DNA of 64,000 bases from Candidatus Anstonella stagnisolia. GTDB taxonomy: Archaea > Micrarchaeota > Micrarchaeia > Anstonellales > Anstonellaceae. Position 1 is the first letter of the stretch; the number at the start of each line of letters is the position of its first letter. A model generated the notes under the pieces. That model had not been told where the DNA came from. It made no database searches and saw only the letters and a list, made by a program, of their open reading frames with translations. The stretch is taken from contig CABMCJ010000002.1 of the NCBI GenBank assembly GCA_902384585.1, forward strand, positions 156,179 through 220,178, read 5' to 3'. The position numbers and the translations under genes were made by a program. Below are positions 45,968-56,647 of the stretch, piece by piece.

Positions 45968-47224
45968 ATGCCTTTCATAACTTCTGTTTTTGCAAGAGAG
46001 ATACTGGATTCGCGGGGATATCCTACTGTGGAGGCGGAAGTTCGCGCGGACGGCTTTTTTGGGAGGGCTGCTGCACCTTCGGGTGCGTCTACAGGAACCC
46101 TTGAAGCGCTTGAACTGCGCGATGGCGGGCAGAGATATGGGGGAAAGGGCGTGCTGCGGGCTGTTTCCAATGTGAATGGGCAGATTGCGCAGGCGCTTGA
46201 GGGAACTGAGGTATTGGAGCAAAACGTAGTGGATGGAAAGCTTGTTTCGCTTGATGGGACTTCCAATAAGGGAAGGTTGGGCGCAAATGCGACTACTGCG
46301 GTCTCGCTTGCGTGCGCGCAGTGCGCTGCAAACTCGAAAGGAATTGGACTTTATGCGCTTCTTGGAGGGAATGTTCTTCCGCTTCCGTTTATGAATGTAC
46401 TGAATGGGGGGAAGCACGCGGGAAACGGGGTTGCTGTGCAGGAATTCATGATTGTGCCGCACGGGTTTTCAAAATTTTCGGAAGGCTTGCAGGCTGGAAG
46501 TGAAATATATCACACACTTGGGAAGAAAATTGCGATTAAGTATGGGAAAGCAGCAACCGGAGTAGGGGACGAGGGGGGATATGCGCCTGCTGTGAAGAAA
46601 ACTGAGGATGCGCTGGAATTGCTTGTTGCATCCATAGAAGATTGCGGGTATGGAAAGAAAGTTTCCCTTGCAATTGATGCTGCCGCAAGCTCTTTTTACG
46701 AGGGGAAAAAATATTCGGTTGATGGGAAAAAACTTGATGCAGGAAAATTGCTGGAGAAATACGTTTCGCTCACTAAAAAATATCCCATTGTGAGCATTGA
46801 GGACCCGTTTTTTGAGCAGGATTTTGAGAATTTTGCGCACCTGAGGAAAAAGCTTGCAGGAAAAGTGCAAATTGTGTCTGATGATTTGACTGTTACGAAC
46901 ACGAAAATAATTTCAAGGGCGATAAAGGAGAAATGCATGAGCGCACTTCTTCTTAAGGTGAACCAGATTGGGACGCTTTCGGAAGCGCTTGAGGCTGCTG
47001 CGATGTGCAGGAAAGCTGGGTTGGGCGTAATGGTGTCGCACCGCTCTGGGGAAACAGAAGATACTGCGATTGCGGACATTGCGGTCGGGATAGGTTGCGG
47101 GCAGATAAAAACAGGCTCGCTTGCAAGAAGCGAGAGAGTTGCGAAGTACAATAGGCTCCTGAGAATAGAGGAGGAGCTGGGAAATAAGGGCAAATTCGCA
47201 GGCACAAGCGGCTTGAAATTCTAG
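45968..47224 (+). CDS. eno: Enolase
   Basis: REILDSRG.PTVE, PSGASTG, VGDEGG, KVNQIGT, SHRSGET, KYNRLLRIEE. Confidence 0.98.
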   Translation: MPFITSVFAREILDSRGYPTVEAEVRADGFFGRAAAPSGASTGTLEALELRDGGQRYGGKGVLRAVSNVNGQIAQALEGTEVLEQNVVDGKLVSLDGTSNKGRLGANATTAVSLACAQCAANSKGIGLYALLGGNVLPLPFMNVLNGGKHAGNGVAVQEFMIVPHGFSKFSEGLQAGSEIYHTLGKKIAIKYGKAATGVGDEGGYAPAVKKTEDALELLVASIEDCGYGKKVSLAIDAAASSFYEGKKYSVDGKKLDAGKLLEKYVSLTKKYPIVSIEDPFFEQDFENFAHLRKKLAGKVQIVSDDLTVTNTKIISRAIKEKCMSALLLKVNQIGTLSEALEAAAMCRKAGLGVMVSHRSGETEDTAIADIAVGIGCGQIKTGSLARSERVAKYNRLLRIEEELGNKGKFAGTSGLKF

Positions 47225-47358
47225 TGCCCCACCCGGGTGCGAAAAGCAGGGAAAACGCCAATTCTTTAAATACTTTTGTATTCATATATGTATATTAGTT
47301 TTGCACGCTCTTTAGATGTCAAATTTTAATGCTAAACTAAATACCAAAGGTGAGAAAT

Positions 47359-49011
47359 ATGGGAAAAAACTTGGAAGGACAACAAATTTTAGTGCTGCCT
47401 GAGGGCTCAAACAGAGTTATAGGCAGGGACGCGCAGCGCTCAAACATCGCAGTCGCGTACGCGGTTGCAAACATTGTGAGGACGACATTGGGACCAAAGG
47501 GAATGGACAAAATGCTTGTGTCCGAGATGGGCGACATTGTAATTACAAACGACGGGGCAACGATATTGGAAGAGATGAACGTTGAGCACCCGGCTGCAAA
47601 AATACTTGTAGAGGTTGCAAAGACGCAGGACAAGGAAGTCGGGGACGGCACAACGACCGCGGCAATGCTTGCGGGAATGCTCCTTAAGAAAGCCGGAGAC
47701 TTGCTTGACCAGGACATACACGCATCCACGATTGTGAACGGGTATTCGATGGCGGCAAAGAAGACCGAAGAGGTGCTTGCAAAAATAAGCAGGCCGATTT
47801 CAATTGAGGATAAGGCAACGCTCCTGAAAATCGCGGCTATTTCAATGGGCTCAAAATCCGTTGGAGTGGGAACTGCAAAAGACACACTCGCAGGGATGGT
47901 GGTGTCCGCAGTAACGCAGGTTGCCGAGAAAAAAGACGGCAAATACGTTGTGGACCACGAACTCATCAAGATAGAGAAGAAGGCGGGCGGGGAAATCGCA
48001 GACACCACGCTCATAAAGGGCGTGCTTGTGGACAAGGAAATTGTGCACCAGAACATGCCAAAGGCAATAAAGAACGCAAAGCTTGCGCTTCTTGACTGCG
48101 CGCTTGAGATTGAGAAGACTGAAGTGGATGCAAAAATTGAGATTACATCCCCAGACCAGATGCAGTCCTTCCTGGAGCAGGAAGAGAAAATGCTCAAGGA
48201 CATGGTGGAGAAGATTTCAAAGACAGGCGCGAACGTCGTATTCTGCCAGAAGGGCATTGATGATGTTGCGCAGCACTTCCTTGCGAAAAAGGGAATTTCT
48301 GCAGTTCGCAGGGTAAAGAAATCCGACATGGAGAAGCTCTCAAGGGCGACTGGCGCGAAAATCGCAACAACTCTTGATGACCTTGCCCCAACAGACCTTG
48401 GAAGCGCAGGGGACGTTGTGGAGCGCTCTATTGCGGGCGAAAAGATGGTATTTGTTGAAAACTGCAAGGACCCAAAGAGCGTCACAATATTTGTGCGCGC
48501 ATCAACCGACCACGTTGTGTCCGAAGGGGAACGCGCAATAGTGGACGCGATTGGGGCAGTATCCTCTGCAATAGAGGACGGCAGGTACGTAACCGGCGGC
48601 GGCTCTGCGGAAATGGAAATCGCAGCGCAGCTCACCAAGTACGCAACCGAAATAGGCGGCCGCGAGCAGCTTGCAATAATAGCATTTGCAGAGGCGCTTG
48701 AAATCGTGCCGCGCACGCTTGCCGAGAACACGGGCATGGATGCAATAGACACGCTTGTGTCGCTTCGCTCAAAGCACAAGAAAGAGGACGGCGCGCACTT
48801 TGGCGTGGACGTGTACAAGGCAGAAGTTGCAGACATGGACAAGCTCGGCGTTATTGAGCCTTCGAAAGTGAAAAAGCAGGCAATCGCATCAGGCTTTGAG
48901 GCTGCAAAGATGCTTCTAAGGATTGATGACATGATTGCGTCCAAGGGCAAGTCGGGCGGAATGCCACCGGGCGGGCCTGGAGGCATGGGCGGAATGGGCG
49001 GGGACTACTAG
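47359..49011 (+). CDS. ths: Thermosome (group II chaperonin) subunit
   Basis: TLGPKGMDKML, TNDGATIL, GDGTTTA, GGM tail. Confidence 0.97.
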   Translation: MGKNLEGQQILVLPEGSNRVIGRDAQRSNIAVAYAVANIVRTTLGPKGMDKMLVSEMGDIVITNDGATILEEMNVEHPAAKILVEVAKTQDKEVGDGTTTAAMLAGMLLKKAGDLLDQDIHASTIVNGYSMAAKKTEEVLAKISRPISIEDKATLLKIAAISMGSKSVGVGTAKDTLAGMVVSAVTQVAEKKDGKYVVDHELIKIEKKAGGEIADTTLIKGVLVDKEIVHQNMPKAIKNAKLALLDCALEIEKTEVDAKIEITSPDQMQSFLEQEEKMLKDMVEKISKTGANVVFCQKGIDDVAQHFLAKKGISAVRRVKKSDMEKLSRATGAKIATTLDDLAPTDLGSAGDVVERSIAGEKMVFVENCKDPKSVTIFVRASTDHVVSEGERAIVDAIGAVSSAIEDGRYVTGGGSAEMEIAAQLTKYATEIGGREQLAIIAFAEALEIVPRTLAENTGMDAIDTLVSLRSKHKKEDGAHFGVDVYKAEVADMDKLGVIEPSKVKKQAIASGFEAAKMLLRIDDMIASKGKSGGMPPGGPGGMGGMGGDY

Positions 49012-49050
49012 AGTCTCCTTCTTCTTTTTTCTTTATTTATTTTTCCCATT

Positions 49051-49830
49051 TTATTCTTCTTTTGAAATGCAAACTGCCTTCCAGCCTGGGCTGGACTGTA
49101 CTGGGGCGGCAGCAACCGAAAACATGTTATGCTCCGAGTGTAAAATGCCATTTTCCCCATCATTCGCAAGTATTGTGTTCCTTCTTAGGGATAGCGCTTT
49201 TAGCTGGTAATTGTCAAGGCGGAACGCGGATACCAATGTTACTGAATCTTCCATAGGCATTAGAGGCTTGGTCCCTACATCTCCACACACGCGGTGTTCA
49301 ACGTTTATTCCATTTGGCAGGGGCAGCATTGGAAATGGTTTCTGCAAATGCACCAATTCTTCCGTCCTCTCCTGCCAGATTATTTTGCGTTTGGAGCACA
49401 TGCTTATGCTGGGCCCGAATTCTCTCAGCACCACGCGATCCCAGTCAGTAAGAAGCCGTTTCGGTGAAGAAAGCAGTTGGGAAGATGAGAAAAAATAACC
49501 GGTGTTTGAAGCTTCCATGTAGTTTTGACTTGTTTCCATTATGCTCAGGCAGCACGCCATCCATACATCTTCGGCAAGCACGCGCATAAGTGAGTTTATG
49601 CCATCCAGCGCCTGCTCGGATGTTATTGAATACCTGTATCTGAACGCATCCTCTGAAAAAAGAACGATAGAGGGGGTTGGGATACCGGTTTTGCCGGCAT
49701 TGTCAAGGACTTTTCTTGAGATGCCAAGCAGGATGATTTTTGCATCTTCAAGGCCCAATTTGTTTGCCCTCGGGCAGTAGACGTCCAGGAGGGGCGTTTG
49801 CCTGCCAGATGGCGTTTGCATGGCTGCCAT
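49051..49830 (-). CDS. Hypothetical protein, divergent carbon-nitrogen hydrolase (nitrilase-fold) candidate
   Basis: IVLFSE, SNTGYFF, PKR and RVCGD appear in the order of the Glu-Lys-Cys triad motifs. Confidence 0.55.
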   Translation of the reverse strand: MAAMQTPSGRQTPLLDVYCPRANKLGLEDAKIILLGISRKVLDNAGKTGIPTPSIVLFSEDAFRYRYSITSEQALDGINSLMRVLAEDVWMACCLSIMETSQNYMEASNTGYFFSSSQLLSSPKRLLTDWDRVVLREFGPSISMCSKRKIIWQERTEELVHLQKPFPMLPLPNGINVEHRVCGDVGTKPLMPMEDSVTLVSAFRLDNYQLKALSLRRNTILANDGENGILHSEHNMFSVAAAPVQSSPGWKAVCISKEE

Positions 49831-49904
49831 CGGAAGTTGCGCTGGCTTGAAGAATGGATAGAACATGCAGTATTTATGGTAAAAAGAGCTTATAAATGTT
49901 ATAT

Positions 49905-50960
49905 TTACTCCAATTTTTTCTCCCAAAATGCCCTGCACAGACAGCCGCCAAGTTCCTCGCTCTTCTTTCTCATTTCACTGAAATATCCATTGTGGAAAAT
50001 GTGGAACAAATCTTTTACATTGCCTTGTTCATCCAGTATTGAATCCTCTTCCCTTGGAGGGATTGCAATGCCGGGCGTGAGCATTGAACCTTTTACAATG
50101 AGTTCTGTGGATTGCCTTTTTTCGCAGTATTCACCGCCGCTTGCGAAAATTTTGCTTAGGGTTTTGTGCTGCGCCGCTGTGAGCAGCAAGTCGTACCTGC
50201 CTTGCGCCCTGCCTGCAAGTATTATGGGCTCCACATATGCATAAATGTCCAGTTCCTTCGCAATTGGAAGCACATTTTCAACTACGTCTTTGTAGTTTTC
50301 CCTTGAAACCATCACTTGAATCCCAACGCGCTCTTTTCCGAGCGCTTCAAGCAGTCTCACAAGCGCAAGCGGAACGCTTTTCCCCCCTATTTTTCCATAG
50401 GGGTAGTTTTTTGGTTTAACTCTAACCATTTCTGCTGCCTTTCTCTGGAAGGAATGCCAGAATTTTACGTAAAAATGGAGTTGGGGGAAAGTGCCGGCAA
50501 CATTGCACACCAGTTCATCTGGAGAAATGCCGAATACGCTTTTGCTTAGTTTATTGCTGTGGAAAATTGAGCCGTCTGTGAAAACAACGGCGGGTATTTT
50601 ACAGTCTGCCTGGTATTGCATTATTTTCCAAAAGTCTCTTAGCAGTGTAAGCTCGCCCTCACCGGGCCAGTATGTAACCTGCGCGCCCATGCCATTTACC
50701 TGCTGGATTACGCTTATTGCCTGCGCTGCGCTTAGTACGCCATCTGCACTGCCAAAAGTGTAGCAAATCGAACAATTGAAATCACATCTGCCATCGCCAA
50801 AGAGAAAAGTAAGGCGATTTAATGAGCCTTCCTTGAGCTTCTCTGCTTCAAGAATTTTTCCTGCCTCAAAGAGCTTGTCTATTTCACGGTTTCTTGCCGC
50901 GAGGATTGTTTTTTCTAATTGGGAGGCGATAAGCACTGGGAAGAGCTTTTTCGTTATCAT
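49905..50960 (-). CDS. Radical SAM protein
   Basis: CDFNCSIC (CxxxCxxC), PGEGELT, GRA; C-terminal Cys residues (YC...CLC). Confidence 0.85.
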   Translation of the reverse strand: MITKKLFPVLIASQLEKTILAARNREIDKLFEAGKILEAEKLKEGSLNRLTFLFGDGRCDFNCSICYTFGSADGVLSAAQAISVIQQVNGMGAQVTYWPGEGELTLLRDFWKIMQYQADCKIPAVVFTDGSIFHSNKLSKSVFGISPDELVCNVAGTFPQLHFYVKFWHSFQRKAAEMVRVKPKNYPYGKIGGKSVPLALVRLLEALGKERVGIQVMVSRENYKDVVENVLPIAKELDIYAYVEPIILAGRAQGRYDLLLTAAQHKTLSKIFASGGEYCEKRQSTELIVKGSMLTPGIAIPPREEDSILDEQGNVKDLFHIFHNGYFSEMRKKSEELGGCLCRAFWEKKLE

Positions 50961-51068
50961 GTATGGCACCTTAGTGCCACTATTGGAGCATTTTAGGTAT
51001 AATAAAGAAAGTATGTATTTTTGCCTCAAAACAAAAATATAATAAAGATTTATTTGGAAATAGAGCAT

Positions 51069-52031
51069 ATGGAGATAGAATTAGATCAAAAAGACAAGAG
51101 GATAGTGCAGGAGCTTGAGGGGAACGCGCGGCAAAGCTCAATGCAAATAGCAAGGAAAGTCGGGCTGAGCAAGGATGCTGTGAATTACCGCATAAAAAAC
51201 ATGGAGCAAAGGGGCATAATACGAGGATATTATGCGCTCTTGAACTTGCCAAACCTTGGGTATTGCACTTACAAGCTCATGGCGTCTTTCCAGAATGCGA
51301 CCTCAAAAACAGAGGAGGAAATTGTATCTTACCTTAAGGGGCGCGGGCACGTTGGATGGGTGGTGAGCTGCGACGGGGTTTACAACCTGATGGTGATATG
51401 CTGGCTTAGGAACGAATCCGCTTTCCAGCGCTTTCTCACTGACTTTCTCAAGAGGTATGCGAAATACCTGCGCACGCGGGAAACCCTTGTGATTAGCGAA
51501 AACCATGCGTGCCGCAAGGCATACCTTTTTGGGGAGGAGCAGGATGGGTCCCCTGATACTCATTATGGCGGGGAGGCTGCAAGCCTTGCGGATGAGACGG
51601 ATTGCAGGATAATTTCCATTCTTGCGGACAATGCGCGCATTTCCCTCAAAGAGATAGCTGGGAAGGTTGGGTTGAGTCCGGAAGCTGTTGCATACCGGAT
51701 GAAGCAGCTTGAGAAAAAGAACGTGGTGCAGGCCTATTTGCCTTCCGTGAATACGCGGCTTCTTGGGTATCAGTACTATAATGTCCTTTTTCGGCTCAAG
51801 CAGTTTGACAACCTTGGGAAAATGTTCCTGCATTTCAAGCGCCATCCGAACATAATATATTTCGTGCGCTATATCGGTGGGTTTGACGTTGGGATTGATT
51901 TGGAAGTGCGGAGCACGGACGAGTTGCGGGCAATTCTTACGAACATAAGGGATACGTTTAGTGCGGACATTGAGAGCTATACGTCCGTGCTCATTTACCA
52001 GGAGCACAAGCTTTCGTATTTCCCGAAGTAG
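51069..52031 (+). CDS. Lrp/AsnC family regulator with two HTH-RAM modules
   Basis: LDQKDKRI..L..NAR...IARKVGLS...YRI and a second DETDCRII..L..NAR...IAGKVGLS...YRM. Confidence 0.9.
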   Translation: MEIELDQKDKRIVQELEGNARQSSMQIARKVGLSKDAVNYRIKNMEQRGIIRGYYALLNLPNLGYCTYKLMASFQNATSKTEEEIVSYLKGRGHVGWVVSCDGVYNLMVICWLRNESAFQRFLTDFLKRYAKYLRTRETLVISENHACRKAYLFGEEQDGSPDTHYGGEAASLADETDCRIISILADNARISLKEIAGKVGLSPEAVAYRMKQLEKKNVVQAYLPSVNTRLLGYQYYNVLFRLKQFDNLGKMFLHFKRHPNIIYFVRYIGGFDVGIDLEVRSTDELRAILTNIRDTFSADIESYTSVLIYQEHKLSYFPK

Positions 52032-52063
52032 GCTCCGCTATGCACTTCAAAAATAAAGAAAAA

Positions 52064-53104
52064 CTAGCGGCTCATGAACGCCTTTAGCCTCTCTACTGTA
52101 ATTTCTTTTGCATAATCGGTGTGCATTATTTGTTTTACAAACCTGATTATGTCAGATGTAGAGATGCCCTCTGCTGCCGCCTTTCCGAGGGCATACATGA
52201 GTTTTTGGGTGGCAGTTTGCATTGTCATGTCGCCGCCGGAAATTGCACCAAGCTTTAGCGGCTCTGCTCCTACGGCGTATATGCCCATGTCCGCTGCACC
52301 CTTTGAGCATTGGGTGACAACTACGATGGGCTTGTTCAGGCGCGTTGCCTGCTCTATGCCGCCATAGTAGGTTTCAGGAATATTTCCTGCTCCAAACCCT
52401 ACAAAAACAAAGCCATGGATGTTCTCCTGCTTTACCTGGTCGGAAAATGTATCTATGCTTATGCCTGACATTGGATATACGAATGCGATTTTGGTGTCGA
52501 ACTCTGTGAACAACCTTGTTTCGCCGTTGAATCTTGCTATCCTATTGTCGCATGGCTCTACGGTTATTCCTATTTTTCCTACAGGTGGCGTTCTTGGGGA
52601 GAAAAATGCGTTTAGCCCCTCTTCGTCATCCTTTACTGTTCTTGGGCCCCTGAAAACACCATTGCCAAATGCTATGAGGACTTCGCCGTAGTCCTGTGTG
52701 GCAGTTCTTATTGCGGCAGAAAGGTTGCTTTTGCCGTCTGTCCTTTCCTCGTATATTGATATTTGGGAACCCGTCAGAACGACTGGTTTTCCTAGCCCTT
52801 GCAGCATGAATGTAAGCGAAGCAGCAGTATCTGCCATTGTATCTGTACCGTGAACAATTACGAAACCGTCAAACTCATGGGCTCTTTTGTAAATCATTGT
52901 TGCGAGTGATGCGCGTTGGTCAGTAAGCATGTTTGTGCTGTCTATAAGTTTGGGCAGGCGTTCAACCTGAACGTCCGCGAACTTACGTATGCCCCTTACC
53001 ATCGGAGTGATGGTTTTTTCCGTCGGCCTGAAAATGCCGTCGCGACCCCTTTTTTGCGCGATTGTACCGCCGGTTTCTATAACTAGTACTCGTGGTTTGT
53101 TCAT
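52064..53104 (-). CDS. ansA: L-asparaginase, type I
   Basis: TGGTI, IDSTN, HGTDT, LTGSQ, GFGAGN. Confidence 0.92.
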   Translation of the reverse strand: MNKPRVLVIETGGTIAQKRGRDGIFRPTEKTITPMVRGIRKFADVQVERLPKLIDSTNMLTDQRASLATMIYKRAHEFDGFVIVHGTDTMADTAASLTFMLQGLGKPVVLTGSQISIYEERTDGKSNLSAAIRTATQDYGEVLIAFGNGVFRGPRTVKDDEEGLNAFFSPRTPPVGKIGITVEPCDNRIARFNGETRLFTEFDTKIAFVYPMSGISIDTFSDQVKQENIHGFVFVGFGAGNIPETYYGGIEQATRLNKPIVVVTQCSKGAADMGIYAVGAEPLKLGAISGGDMTMQTATQKLMYALGKAAAEGISTSDIIRFVKQIMHTDYAKEITVERLKAFMSR

Positions 53105-53291
53105 GGTGTTTATTATGGTAGATGATGTTTATAAATGTGTATGTTTATGGGATGCTGCTCCCGCTAGGGAAGCTTAAAATTTTGAAAAACCGCTAGCGCT
53201 TCCGCTAAGGATTTCAAAAATAAATCTCTTTTCCGTCTTATTTTCAGGCGCAGAGCTTGCGCTATGCACAATGAAAAATAAAAAGTGAAAA

Positions 53292-53324
53292 AAGAGCGAC
53301 TTGCTTTAAACCGGACTGGGTATG
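53292..53324 (-). other. 3' arm of the pre-23S BHB processing stem
   Basis: Pairs with 56295-56328: 13-bp stem, AAAC/GUUU helix, UUA and AAA bulges, CGGA/UCCG. Confidence 0.88.
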
Positions 53325-56301
53325 GTGCATTAGTAGAGGCGGGCTGAAAGCCTCGCTTGCGCTTAGCTCTTACACCCCCTCCCTATCAAGGTCGTCTAAT
53401 ACGACCGCACATTCCATCTAGTTTTGAGATCCGCTTCGACCTTAGATGCTTTCAGGTCTTATCGGATAGCGCGTGGCTGCCCAGCGATGCTTTGCACAAC
53501 TGGTACACTAGAGGCGCCGATTCCAAGTTCCTCTCGTACTCATGGAAGCTTGCTCTCAAATGGAAACACTCCTAGGAGATACTACCGAACTGTCTCGCGA
53601 CGTTCTGAACCCAGCTCATGTAGGTCTTTAATGGATGAACAACCCAACCTTTGGCGGCTCCTGCACCGCCAGGATGACCTAAGCCGACAGCGATGTACCA
53701 AACCGCGGGGTCGATATGTACTACGAACGCCGATGACATTTTTGATAGGATTCTTTAGGAAACTTTCCTGAAGACCGATAACTAAAATCTCTGCCACCGG
53801 CGAAAGTATGGGTACTCTCGCCCGCGACGAGCCTGTTACCCCCGGGGTAGCTTGTCTGACAGCTTGGACCCTCATCAAAAAGGTACCAAGGTTCGTTAAG
53901 CCCGACTTTCGTCTCTGCATTCCACGCTTTTAGGAATACAGTCAGTCCAGCATTTGTCTTTAACCCTTACCGGCGCATTTCTGACGCGCCTAAGCTGAAC
54001 ATTGGGCACCCTTGTTTCCTTATCGAGGGCGTACCGCCCCAGCCAAACTATCCACCTGACGCTGTCCCAATTAAGGTAAGCAATACAAAAACTGCTGAAT
54101 GGTGTTACAATTTCGCCTATTTGCACCCCGAGAGGTGCAACATGACGGCTCCCATTTACGCTCCGCAGCAGTCCTCGTATTACAACATCAGGCTATAGTA
54201 AAGCTCCACGGGGTCTTCGTTTCCCCCTAGAAGTCCTCTGCATACTCACAGAGTAGTAGGTTCACCAGGTCCCAGCTAGGGACAGTGGGAAGCTCGTTAT
54301 GCCATTCATGCAAGCCACCAATTAAGCGGCGAGGTATTACGCTACCTTAAGAGGGTCAGAGTTACCCCCGCTCTTTGCTGGCGCTTATTCCCATTGAAAT
54401 GGGCGTTCACGTACCAGTAGTGAGCAGGCATCGCCCGCAATACAAATCGTTTCCGATTAGCTGCGAGCTGTGTTTTTGATAAACAGTCGACCTCCCCTAG
54501 TCACTGCGACCTGCAGTTCTTTTAAACCGCAGGCATAGCTTCTTCCGAAGTTACGCTACTATTTTGCCGAGTTCCCTTAGCTGAGTTACCCTGTCACGCC
54601 TTGGCTTGTTATGCCAGCAGCACCTGTAATAGTTCTAGGTACGATTGTGCGAAATCGGATTTGTTTTCTTTTCATGGGCTCCGGGAATTGGCTGAACCTT
54701 TCAGCCTTCCCGCTATTATGCTGCTTCTCCTCACAATGAGTCTCCACAGCATTGCGACGGTTAACGAGGGTCTCCCCACGTCAGCCTATCCCAAAGCGTC
54801 AAAAACAAACCTTGTGTTGCCACGTCTATTCGCACAGGAGCGGAATTTTAACCGCTTTCCCTTTTGGCCGGTTGGAATTACCATCGGCCTTAGGATCGCC
54901 TTACTCTTGGCTGAAGAACATTGCCAAGAAACCCGTGTGCTATGCGGCGTCCAGGATTCTTGCCTGGATATGCTGTTACTAATACCAAGATATTCATAAC
55001 TGGCCGGTCCACAGGACGTCACCGCCCTGCTTCTAGCCAACCAGTTCGCCCCCCTACCAAACCCTTCTTTACGAAGGATCTCGGTGGTTTCGGTACAAAG
55101 CTTAGCCCCGATCATCTTCGGAATCCGTGATCTAGACTGGTCCGCTATTACGCGTTGTTTAAAGGATGGCTGCTTCTAAGCCTACCTTCCAGCTGTTTTA
55201 GACCAGAGATGCCTTGTAGATTCGCACTTAGCTTTGATTTAGGGACCTTAACCACTGTTCCGGCCTTTCCCGTAATGACCCACTAGCTTACCCAGTGGAA
55301 TCCGACTGCCGACTTCTGCGATGAACATAGATTCGGAGTTTGACAACCAGGTGATCCCTTTCGGAACCGCTCCCAGTAATCAGTGCTCTACCCTATGCTC
55401 CATCTCCATCGACGCTGTCCTGAGGGACATTTCGAGGGGAACCCGCTATTGCCAAGTTCGATTGGACTATCACCCCTATGCGTAGGTCACCCGAACAGAA
55501 TATACTAGCATCGGTTGCGGGCTTCCACCAGCCGTCAGGCCGGCTTCACCCTGCCCACGCATAGATCACATTGGCTTCAGGTCTGAGGAGTGTGACTGCT
55601 CGCATTTTCACACGAAGTGCCTCCCTTGCGGTGCGCACAATCGCTTTCGCTTCGGCTTTCGCCTCGCCACACAACTTCAACTCCTTGGCTCTTGCTTCGA
55701 GAAGAACGATACGATGCCGGTATTCCTCCTTCCACCGCATTCTCGCGAATGCAGCGTTGGGGAGTAGTCATTCCTTTCACACCGTATCAAATTGTCACCA
55801 TTCAGTTTGAGGCTCTTTGAACTCCCCTTCCGGGGTCCTTTTCAGCGTTCGCTCGCGCTACTAATTCGCTATCGGTCTCAATATCGTATTTAGAGTTGGC
55901 AATTGATACTGCCGCTTTCATGCCCCATACTCGAGGAGCACTACTCTTTTTGCTTCAGTCCGCACAATTTTGCCTACGAGGCTGTAACTCCCTTTGGCGC
56001 TGCTTTCCAGCAGCTTCGGCTCCTTGTACGGATATCCGCCCCACATCCGCCGCGCATTGCTGCGCGGTTGTTCAGGACGCTCTCCTTGGTTTTCAGTCGC
56101 CTTACTCACCAAATGCCTATTGGTCTCTTTTCTCTCCCGCTACTAGAATCTTTTAATTCACGGGGCTTTTGCGCACTACTGCGCGTCGCACTACCTTCGG
56201 ATCACAGGCTGCCTGCGCCTACCCGAAGCGTTTCGCCGCTTGCCGCGGTGCCTAAATCTTTTGAGCCCAGCCATCCACTGAATGGCGTAACATACATACC
56301 C
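53318..56301 (-). rRNA. rrl: 23S rRNA (archaeal), stand-alone, intron-containing; ends approximate
   Basis: Reverse complement shows the sarcin-ricin loop AGUACGAGAG, PTC segments (UAACAGG, UGUCGGC), H69 GUAACUCUGAC and 5' CAGUGGAUGGCU; helix-1 arms at 53318-53324 and 56295-56301. Confidence 0.97.
53716..53809 (-). other. 94-nt archaeal BHB-type intron in 23S helix 89 (after about E. coli position 2477)
   Basis: Interrupts GAGAGUACCC^AUCGAC; central helix GUAC/GUAC with CCA and AUA bulges; intron stem CGCCGGUGGCA/UGUCAUCGGCG. Confidence 0.88.
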
Positions 56302-56328
56302 TTATCCGTAAGTTTGCAAGTCGCTCTT
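56295..56328 (-). other. 5' arm of the pre-23S BHB processing stem
   Basis: Complementary to 53292-53324 with canonical 3-4-3 geometry. Confidence 0.88.
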
Positions 56329-56647
56329 CGTCCGCATGAGATTCTTCCAAAACTGGCGAGGTACTGCATGCATCGGCATGCGTTTCGCGTCATCATTTTG
56401 GGGAATGTTGCCCTCCCTTTCGGAAGGCGTCCGTTCTTGAAAAAATCAAGAGCCGGTGACTGAATTTCTTCGGTCAGTAACACTAAGAAGTGTTAATTTT
56501 TCAAAAACCCTTTCCTTCCATTGTCGCCACGAAGGCGGTGGAATACATTAAGGGTTAATCAATTCATCGCAAGCAGCATAGATGCCACCGCTGATGTCGG
56601 CAATCATTCCCGCCGAAGGTTCGTGGCAGTTATTAAAGCGTAAGATG

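Noticed and set aside
47337-48986. 549-aa ORF antisense to the thermosome, and similar antisense ORFs over hisF, hisG and gltX
   Set aside because: Shadow ORFs caused by codon bias of the real gene; no motifs and atypical composition
53716-53809. Group I/II intron or homing endonuclease gene
   Set aside because: Too short for a ribozyme core or ORF; junctions fit BHB splicing
53357-56483. Multiple ORFs of 64-186 aa in the ORF track
   Set aside because: They lie within the 23S rRNA gene and its leader; not protein-coding
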